Source: Chthoniobacteraceae bacterium
GTDB lineage: Bacteria > Verrucomicrobiota > Verrucomicrobiia > Chthoniobacterales > Chthoniobacteraceae
Direction: 5' to 3'
DNA: 10,701 nt
NCBI GenBank assembly: GCA_031409335.1
Contig: JANNWY010000165.1
Span: forward strand, 1-10,701
Positions 1 to 6,690 of the stretch are shown here, piece by piece. Position numbers and translations under genes: made by a program. How positions within the stretch are numbered: the first letter of the stretch is position 1; each line of letters opens with the position of its first letter. The notes beneath the pieces are model-generated. The model was not told where the DNA came from. It saw only the letters and a list, made by a program, of their open reading frames with translations, and made no database searches.

Positions 1-138
1 TTCCCGAGCAGGCCCCGCCCCGGATCACCGCCGCCGGCCAACTCGACCAATGAAAGCCCTGTAGTGCAGACTTTTCAGACACCTTCCTTGAAAATCAACG
101 ACTTACGCCTCAAAGATGCGCGAATCCGCCAAGTCGGG
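1..138 (+). mobile_element. Probable right end of an IS1634-family-like insertion sequence (transposase C-terminus plus terminal sequence)
   Basis: Frame +3 reads PEQAPPRITAAGQLDQ-stop (TGA 51-53). It is followed by TGTAGTGCAGAC...AATCAACGACTTACG...CCGCCAAGTCGGG (ends 138) and then CTAG. The peptide and end layout resemble IS1634-type transposase ends as I recall them; not database-verified, and the left end lies outside the window. Confidence 0.55.
3..53 (+). CDS. C-terminal fragment of a probable transposase (gene begins upstream of the window)
   Basis: Open frame from the window edge, PEQAPPRITAAGQLDQ*. Only 16 codons are visible. Confidence 0.5.
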   Translation, partial: PEQAPPRITAAGQLDQ

Positions 139-198
139 CTAGTCGCAGGCACGCATCGCGGCACCTTGGCCCACGAAGACTTTTGTGCTTCCGCTGGC

Positions 199-630
199 CT
201 ACTTGCCGTAGCTACGGATTGCCTTCTCCACTTCGCGAAATGCCTTTCGCGGATCCTCCTTGATCGACTCGTAGGTCACAGTCCCCAGCACGTTCTCAAG
301 TTTCCCGTCCAGCACCGCGACTTTTGGGATGTATTTTCCCGCACTCAACGCGGACACCGCCGATGCCGGAAGCGCCGCTTTTTCGGTGACGTAAATCATC
401 ACCGTTTTCGATCCCAACTCGCGGATGATCGCCTCACTCGCATCACTGCACAGCGGGCAAGTGGAGTCCTTGTTCGAGTACAGGATGGCGATGGGTTTCT
501 TTTTCGCCTCCGCCTCGGCCTTCGCCTTGTCGATCTGCCCGATCTCAAAAACTTTCGGCGGCAGCTTGAATCCGCCGAGGGCGAACGAGGACGATGTCAG
601 CAACAAAACGAGGATCACTTTGATGTTCAT
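199..630 (-). CDS. Secreted thioredoxin-like (CxxC) protein, 143 aa
   Basis: The ATG at 630 gives a clean signal peptide, MNIKVILVLLLTSSSFA. The pattern 'AKAEAEAKKKPIAILYS...TCPLC' and a later 'YIPKVAVLD' (cis-Pro-like strand) fit a thioredoxin fold. Stop TAG at 199-201. Confidence 0.7.
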   Translation of the reverse strand: MNIKVILVLLLTSSSFALGGFKLPPKVFEIGQIDKAKAEAEAKKKPIAILYSNKDSTCPLCSDASEAIIRELGSKTVMIYVTEKAALPASAVSALSAGKYIPKVAVLDGKLENVLGTVTYESIKEDPRKAFREVEKAIRSYGK

Positions 631-840
631 AAGGGGTTCGGTTTTCTGAACGGGATCGTGTTCTCTCCGATCTCCGCGAGTCAAGCGGGGAACAGCCGCG
701 ATCGGAATCTGTAAATTCTCGCATTCCGTCGCCTACTCCGCTCGCATCAAAGTCCATGCTCGATCAGTCATCACCCCAAACCGTTCGAGCACCCAAACGG
801 AGGCTGGGTGTCTGTGCGCGCATCCTTTGAACGAAAACCG

Positions 841-1593
841 ATGGCTGCCACTGAAACCTCCACGCCTCTCAGCCAGCAGTTGGATTACTATCGGGCACGA
901 GCTGCCGAGTATGACCAGTGGTGGCTGCGGCAGGGACGTTACGACCGTGGCGCGGCTCTCAACGCAAAATGGTTTGGCGAGGGTGCGGAGGTGTCATCCG
1001 CCCTCGCTGAGTTCCGCCCGGCAGGTCGAGTGCTGGAGTTTGCCTGCGGCACTGGCATCTGGAGCGAGCAGCTACTCTCCTTCGCTTCGCACCTGACCGC
1101 GCTCGATGGTTCGCCTGAGATGCTCGCCATAAACGCCGCACGGCTCCGCTCCCCGCTTGTTCACTATGTTGACGCAGACTTGTTCCAGTGGAAGCCCGCC
1201 GAGCAGTTCGATACCGTCTTTTTCGGGTTTTGGCTTTCCCATGTGCCGCGAGAGCGATTCGCAGAGTTCTGGCGGCTTGTCCGCTCCTGCCTCGCTCCCG
1301 GTGGTCGCGTGTTCTTCGTGGATTCCCGCCGGGAACAGACTTCGACAGCCGTTGACCACCGCTTGCCAGAAGTTGAGGCGACCGTGCTTAACCGCCGCCT
1401 CAACGACGGGCGAGAGTTCCAAATTTACAAAGTCTTTCACGACCCCGCTGAACTTGCCGAACGTTTGCACGCGCTTGGCTGGCACTTCGACATCCGGCAG
1501 ACTGATCGCTACTTTCTCCATGGTTCAGGATACCCACGGAGCACCTCTTCACCTATTGCCGGCAGCTGCTCCACCGTCACTCGCGGTGAATAG
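841..1593 (+). CDS. Class I SAM-dependent methyltransferase
   Basis: Motif I VLEFACGTG, post-I LTALDGSPEML, 'FDTVFFGFWLSHVP' and 'LAPGGRVFFVD'. ATG 841 preferred over GTG 808. Substrate unknown. Confidence 0.92.
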   Translation: MAATETSTPLSQQLDYYRARAAEYDQWWLRQGRYDRGAALNAKWFGEGAEVSSALAEFRPAGRVLEFACGTGIWSEQLLSFASHLTALDGSPEMLAINAARLRSPLVHYVDADLFQWKPAEQFDTVFFGFWLSHVPRERFAEFWRLVRSCLAPGGRVFFVDSRREQTSTAVDHRLPEVEATVLNRRLNDGREFQIYKVFHDPAELAERLHALGWHFDIRQTDRYFLHGSGYPRSTSSPIAGSCSTVTRGE

Positions 1594-1657
1594 ACGCCGC
1601 TGTCCACGTCCGACCAAGCGACCCTTCTAATTCCCCATATTTCGGGCTTCACACGTC

Positions 1658-2245
1658 ATGCGTCGAATCTGCGTCTATTCCGGTTCCAGTTTTGGTGCTT
1701 CGCCCGAATACGCCACCGTCGCCGCCGCCTTCGGCACCGCGTGCGCTGGCCGCGGTTTCACCATCGTCTATGGTGGCGTCGGTGTCGGCCTCATGGGTGT
1801 GCTGGCGGACGCGGCACTGGCAGCGGGCGGGCAGGTCATCGGCGTCATCCCGCGCAAGATGATCGCGGAAGAGCGCGCGCACTGCTGGCTTACCGAACTC
1901 ATTGCCGTCGATACGATGCACGAACGCAAACTTCGCATGGCCGATCTCGCCGATTCGTTCGCCGCACTTCCCGGTGGCATCGGCACTTTGGAAGAAGTCG
2001 CCGAAGTTTTCACCTGGCTTCAGCTTGGCCTGCACCTCAAGCCCGTCGGTCTTCTCAACGCTCTTGGCTTCTACGATTCGCTTCTCCGTTTTTTCTCACA
2101 CATGCAGGCCGAGCAATTCCTGACGGCTGCGCATTTCTCGATGCTCTCCGTTTCAAGCGACCCGGATTCGCTTCTCGATCAGCTCTCGGCGGCAGAACAC
2201 ATTCACATTCCCAAGCCGGTCCACCGCGCAGCGAACGCCGACTAG
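1658..2245 (+). CDS. LOG-family protein (TIGR00730-type nucleotide 5'-monophosphate phosphoribohydrolase)
   Basis: Signature PGGIGTLEE, plus 'RICVYSGSS', 'YGG..VGLMG', 'MHERK..M...AD' and 'WLQLGLHLKPVGLLN'. Confidence 0.95.
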   Translation: MRRICVYSGSSFGASPEYATVAAAFGTACAGRGFTIVYGGVGVGLMGVLADAALAAGGQVIGVIPRKMIAEERAHCWLTELIAVDTMHERKLRMADLADSFAALPGGIGTLEEVAEVFTWLQLGLHLKPVGLLNALGFYDSLLRFFSHMQAEQFLTAAHFSMLSVSSDPDSLLDQLSAAEHIHIPKPVHRAANAD

Positions 2246-2264
2246 CGTCAGCAGTGCCGCTCCG

Positions 2265-3690
2265 TCAATCCAGCGTCGTCCGCAGCCGGATGAACGCGGT
2301 GCGCGAGGGCGAATCTTCCAGCGCCACGTCGTAGTAGTACGTGAAGATTTCGTAGTCGCCGTCCGAAACTGGCGCGCCCGCTGGCAACGCGTGGGTCGCG
2401 GCGTCGGGTGCGGCTAGTCCGGCGATCGTGGCCGCGGCTTCGGGGATGAGAGTGATGCCGGGACGTTGTTTGCGGACGCGGACATCGATGGTGAGATACG
2501 TTTTTGCGGGATCACCGATGCCGAGCAAGGCGCCGGTGCGGATTTGCGCGGTCGGCAGCGCGCTGCTGCTGGCGACGAGCGGATTTGCGCCGAAGAGATA
2601 TTCAAAAAGATTGATGAGCGCGTCGTGATCGGGATTTGCGAGCGCGCCGTTTTGGCCTCCGGCAAAGGCAACCGTCGCGGCCCATCCGGCAAACGTGTCA
2701 TCCGGCGGGACGATCGTCGGCGCGGGCGGGATCGCGAGCGCGGCGAGGCCGCGATTGTAAATGCGGAGGTCGTCGATCGCGCCGTTAAAGAGCGGGTCGG
2801 CGGCGAATTGCGATTTGCCGAGATAATTGAGCGTCGCCGCGACGGACGCGGGATCGAGCGTGATGCTCGTCGATGCGACCGCGGCTCCGTTCACGTAAAT
2901 TGTGCCCGTGTTTCCGATGAGCGTCACCGCGATATACGCCCACTCGCCGACGGGCAGCGGCGCGGGCGCTTCCAGCCTTTGCGCCGCGCCACCGGCAGTG
3001 GTGGCGATGGCGAATTGCGCGGTGCCAGTCCCGGAGGAAGGCGTGAGGACAAGGTATTGCGTGGTGGCGCTGCCGAAATCGAAGATGCGCTGCCAGGCCG
3101 CGCCGCCATCGCCCACGCCCGGCACGCCAGTCAGGCTGCCATTTGCCGCGACCGCGAGCCACGCCGGGCCACTCATTTTGCTGAACGTGCGCGCCACTTC
3201 CGCCCGTTGCGTTCGCCGAAATCGAGCCGGTGTAAGGCTGCAATTTCGTCGCGTTCGTTTTTACAAAAGTCGGCGCGCTGAACTGCGGCGGCGGCGTCGC
3301 GACGATGGCCGCGATCTGCGCATCGCTGAGCGCGGAGCTGAGGATGCGCACGTCGTCGAGCCGACCGTTGAAAAGCGGATCGGCGGCCGTCTGGCTTTTG
3401 CCGAGGTAATTGAACTTCGTGCCCACATTCACGGGATTGATCGTCATCGCGGTGTTCGTGTTCACGAGCGCGCCGTTCACGAACAATTTCCCCGTGTCGC
3501 CCGCGATGGTGACGGCGACATGCACCCACGCGCCGATCGCGAGCGTGGCCGTGTTGAGCTGCTGCTCGGCACCGCCGTCGCGCATGAGAAAGCGCAACCC
3601 GCCAGTCGCCCCAGCTTTCGCGGTGAGCGCGAGGTAGTTCGCCGTGCCGTTGCCGAAATCGAAAATGCGCTGCCAGTTCCCGCCGCCGCT
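2265..3690 (-). pseudogene. Orphaned 3' part: rest of LamG-1, partial Ig-like module, C-terminal half of LamG-2 and the C-terminal domain
   Basis: Two LamG-type motif sets (WQRIFDFG; W.[HY].AVT; [LI][FY]VNG; NYLGKSQ.AADPLFNG..DD.RI). Also 'FSKMSGPAWLAVAANGSLTGVP', 'NPDHDALINLFEYLFGANP' and terminal 'FIRLRTTLD'. DNA repeat CCGAAATCGAARATGCGCTGCCAG at 3073-3096 and 3653-3676. Confidence 0.8.
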
Positions 3691-5286
3691 CTACCACACC
3701 CACGCGGCGAAAGTGAAATCCGTCGTGTCCGCGATGCGCGGCGAGAGCTGCACGTAATCCGTCGCGCCATCGAGCACGATCGCCTGCCCATATTTGCCTG
3801 CGGCGAAAGTGGGCGCGCCCACCAGCATTCCATCCTGCCCATTTCCCCAGCCATCGTGCGCGTCGCCGTCGAAGGCGTAGCGCGCCGAGTTGCCGGTGCC
3901 CGCGTCCGCCATTTCCTGGAGGTAACTCAGCGGCGCTACATGATCGCGATACATCGTCCCCATCGGCGTGAGACTGCCGTCGGTGTAGTGCGTGTCGCGG
4001 AACCACTCCACACTGCTGTAAATCGCGTAACGTTCGATCCACGGCGTGTTGTCCATCATCTCGATCATCGCCTCGATTACGTCGCGATTTTGCGTCACGT
4101 TCGGATCGTGGGCGTTGTCGGTCCAGTTGGCCCCGTTGTTAAACTCGGTGACCCACAGCGGGCGCGGGACGACATCGTAAATGTTCTTGAGAAAATTGTA
4201 CAGATTGGTGGTCGCGGTGGCCGGGTTGTTGCCCGAAGTGCTGCGGTAGTAGTGGACCGGCACGTAATCGACCCGCACGCCCGCGGCATTCGCCTGGTTC
4301 ATGAAATCGACGATCCAACTGGTTCCGCCGTCCGTCACCGCCGGCGCGCCCACGCGCAACCCGGTGGCTAGAAGATCGGGCCAGCGGGCCACCGCATTCG
4401 AAACGGAACCCGGCGGAGTCAGATTCTGATAGGCATCCTCCACCGGATTGTTCGGTTCGTTAAAGCCGGACAAATGATTTATGCCTCGCGCTTTCCAGTC
4501 CTGATGAAGGCCCGGCCAGTAAGGCTGCTGCCGGATCGCCGCATACTCCCAGCCCAGCGGGGAGTTCAGGCTGATGTTCCAGTTGTAATGCCAGTTCGCC
4601 TTCAGCGCGACGGGGTCCACGTCGCACGAGCCCTTCTTGCCCGTCCACCGCCACGGGAAAACGCGCACGAAACGAATGTTATTTTCCAGCGCTGCTGGCA
4701 GCAGCCCGACCTCGAGATCGCCATCCTGCGCGACATAGTTGCGGCTGATCCCCGACCCATTTTCCTGCTGCGCGAAAGTCGCCATGTAACCGCGCTTCAG
4801 CTTAAACGAACTGATCGCCAGCTTCATCGCGCCAAGGCTTGCGTCATTGTATTCGAGGTAAGTGCGCAGCAGCTTCGACGGGCCTGTGAAGTAGTCGCTG
4901 TCGAACACTTCCAGCGGCGAAAAATCCGGCGCGTGCGGCACGACGACCGCGCCCGAGCCGTACTGCACCACGCGCACATTCGAGTCATGCACCGCGGTCG
5001 CGCCATTCACCCGCACGCGGCTGAGGAATGTGGAGACGACCTGCGACGGCGCGATGTTCGTCAACACCAGCCACGCGTCCGGGGAATTCAGATGAATGAC
5101 GCAGCCGGGAATCGGATCACCTGTGCCCGCGATGCGCAGCTCCGCGCGGCCCGTCAGCGTCGTCGTCGTGCTCGTCAGCGTTGCAACGGTTTGCACGTCG
5201 TTGTGAATGTTCAGCGTCTGCGCGACCGCGGCCAGCGGCAGCAGGAAAACGAGAGCAGCAAGGAAGTGACTGGAGAGGGTGCGCAT
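3691..5286 (-). CDS. Open 5' portion (531 aa): signal peptide, N-terminal beta-rich region, GH128-like catalytic domain and partial LamG
   Basis: Signal peptide MRTLSSHFLAALVFLLPLAAVA from ATG 5286. Clan GH-A-type motifs WHYNW, GFNEPN (acid/base), VDYVPVHYY, PLWVTEFN (nucleophile) and WIERYA. LamG start 'ARYAFDG...GQAIVLDGATDYV...FTFAAWVW'. Confidence 0.8.
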   Translation of the reverse strand: MRTLSSHFLAALVFLLPLAAVAQTLNIHNDVQTVATLTSTTTTLTGRAELRIAGTGDPIPGCVIHLNSPDAWLVLTNIAPSQVVSTFLSRVRVNGATAVHDSNVRVVQYGSGAVVVPHAPDFSPLEVFDSDYFTGPSKLLRTYLEYNDASLGAMKLAISSFKLKRGYMATFAQQENGSGISRNYVAQDGDLEVGLLPAALENNIRFVRVFPWRWTGKKGSCDVDPVALKANWHYNWNISLNSPLGWEYAAIRQQPYWPGLHQDWKARGINHLSGFNEPNNPVEDAYQNLTPPGSVSNAVARWPDLLATGLRVGAPAVTDGGTSWIVDFMNQANAAGVRVDYVPVHYYRSTSGNNPATATTNLYNFLKNIYDVVPRPLWVTEFNNGANWTDNAHDPNVTQNRDVIEAMIEMMDNTPWIERYAIYSSVEWFRDTHYTDGSLTPMGTMYRDHVAPLSYLQEMADAGTGNSARYAFDGDAHDGWGNGQDGMLVGAPTFAAGKYGQAIVLDGATDYVQLSPRIADTTDFTFAAWVW

Positions 5287-5322
5287 GGGTCGGGCGGTAT
5301 GCTGCGCAAGGTAGGAGCGAGC

Positions 5323-5350
5323 CGGAAATCGGCAACCGGCAACCGGGAAT
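5323..5350. repeat. Imperfect heptamer tandem repeat in the divergent intergenic region
   Basis: CGGAAAT CGGCAAC CGGCAAC CGGGAAT. Confidence 0.6.
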
Positions 5351-5411
5351 TGGACCGCGATTTGCGCATGGAAAAATGCCACTCGCCCCGATTCACTACT
5401 CATACCTTCAC

Positions 5412-5990
5412 ATGGCCGCCACACCTTCCACCATGCTCGCCCTCGCCACTCCCGCGCCGGATTTTTCCCTGCCGGATGTCACGACGGGACAACAGATTTC
5501 ACTCGCCGACTTCGCGAATAAAAACGCGCTGCTCGTCATCTTCCTCTGCGCGCACTGCCCGTATGTCATCCATGTGAAAGCGGAACTCGCGCGCCTCGGT
5601 CGCGACTACGCGGAAAGCGGCATCGGCATCGTCGGCATCACCGCCAACGACATCGCCAGCTACCCGCAGGATGCACCGAAACCGACCGCCGAATTCGCGC
5701 GCGCGGCGGGCTTCAATTTCCCCATCCTCTTCGACGAAACCCAGTCCGTCGCCAAAGCCTACACCGCTGCCTGCACGCCCGACTTCTTCCTCTTCGGCCC
5801 CGACCACCGCCTCGCCTATCGCGGCCAGCTCGACGACTCCCGCCCCAGCCGCGGCACTGCCAACGGCGCAGACCTCCGCGCCGCCCTCGACGCAATCCTC
5901 GCGGGAAAACCGGTGAACCCGAATCAACGACCGGGAATCGGATGTAACATCAAGTGGAAGGCTGGGAATGAGCCGGGGTATCTTGTGTGA
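5412..5990 (+). CDS. Thioredoxin-family / redoxin (AhpC-TSA, peroxiredoxin-like) protein, 192 aa
   Basis: 'STML.L.TPAPDFSLPD', CAHCPYV, 'YTAACTPDFFLF', 'YRGQLDDSRP' and 'GCNIKWK'. ATG 5412 is the plausible start rather than the TTG at 5181. Confidence 0.93.
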   Translation: MAATPSTMLALATPAPDFSLPDVTTGQQISLADFANKNALLVIFLCAHCPYVIHVKAELARLGRDYAESGIGIVGITANDIASYPQDAPKPTAEFARAAGFNFPILFDETQSVAKAYTAACTPDFFLFGPDHRLAYRGQLDDSRPSRGTANGADLRAALDAILAGKPVNPNQRPGIGCNIKWKAGNEPGYLV

Positions 5991-6012
5991 TGAAATCGTT
6001 AAGCGTCCTGTC

Positions 6013-6340
6013 ATGCGTCTTCCGCTAATCCACGGCCTCATTCGCCGGAGGTTACTAATCAACTTCCGGATAGATGCAGAGGTTATGGGTCGCTTTCTGC
6101 CTGCGCCCTTTCGGCCCAAACTGCATCGCGGTTTCGCTATTGCCGGCATCTGCCTTATCCGGCTGGATGAGATTCGCCCCGGATGGCTCCCCCGCTTCTG
6201 CGGCATCTCCAGCGAAAACGCCGCCCACCGTATCGCCGTACTTTGGGATGAGCCTTCCGGCGAGTCGCGTGAGGGTGTTTTCATTCCGCGCCGCGACACT
6301 GGTTCCTGGCTCAATCATTTCGCGGGCGGACGCTTTTTTC
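6013..6340 (+). pseudogene. Truncated DUF2071-like gene
   Basis: MRLPLIHGLIRRRLLINFRID...AGICLIRL..IRP...SENAAHRIAV.W...EGVFIPRRDT.S.LN..AGGRFF is recognisable for about 109 codons. The frame then runs through unrelated-looking sequence to TGA 6468. Homologues, as I recall them, are about twice this length. Confidence 0.7.
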
Positions 6341-6456
6341 GCCACAAAAGGAAGGAAGTAAGAGTTGCGAGTGCCACAGGCACCCAGATTGGAAACTGCG
6401 TTGGTTGGGCTTTGTTGTTGAGTGAAAGTCGGCCCTACACCCAGCATCGGCCCGCC

Positions 6457-6632
6457 TTGCAAAAATGAACGGGCCAACCCCCATGCCATGCACTCCCCGG
6501 CCGCCGCACTGCTGCAGACTTCTTAACTCGCACGCCGTTACCTTTCGTTACGAGTCTCTCCCATCGACCCTCTACCGCCCTCATCCGTCTTCGAGAGTCA
6601 AACGCCCTTTTGCACAAATGCACGGCCTGACC
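6457..6632 (+). repeat. Imperfect 23-bp direct repeat, two copies (6457-6479 and 6610-6632)
   Basis: TTGCAAAAATGAACGGGCCAACC vs TTGCACAAATGCACGGCCTGACC, 18/23 identical. Both are preceded by CGCC. Confidence 0.7.
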
Positions 6633-6690
6633 GTTTCGCCGTCCACTCGGTACCCGCCCAAAGGGAAACGAGCGAGTTTCAAGAAGCGAC

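Larger units (their letters stand above)
2265..5286 (-). pseudogene. Disrupted gene for a secreted GH128/Glyco_hydro_cc-like glycoside hydrolase with LamG domains, a putative Ig-like module and a C-terminal tail
   Basis: One continuous architecture is split over three track ORFs (3691-5424, 2785-3597, 2265-3197). In-frame TAG at 3691-3693, a frameshift near 3188-3195, and apparent internal deletions near 3102-3110 and 2742-2747. Final stop TGA at 2265-2267. Confidence 0.85.

Noticed and set aside
64..714. 216-aa + strand ORF
   Set aside because: Antisense shadow of the CxxC gene plus the IS end; no recognisable motifs.
3691..3693. Amber readthrough or genetic-code reassignment (pyrrolysine or recoded TAG)
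   Set aside because: TAG is the normal stop for four other genes in the window (199, 1591, 2243, 6837), and further lesions downstream would make readthrough unproductive.
5181..5424. Upstream starts given by the track for the glycoside hydrolase (5424) and the redoxin (5181)
   Set aside because: They make the two genes overlap head-to-head and add non-conserved N-termini. ATG 5286 and ATG 5412 give a clean signal peptide and a family-typical start.
2902..5577. Long + strand ORFs 2902-4371 and 4474-5577 (also 2466-3281)
   Set aside because: Arg/Val-rich antisense shadows of the GC-rich glycoside hydrolase gene.
6472..6545. Integron attC site (GCCAAC...GTTAC)
   Set aside because: The ends only loosely resemble RYYYAAC/GTTRRRY, there is no extended internal palindrome, and no integrase is in view.
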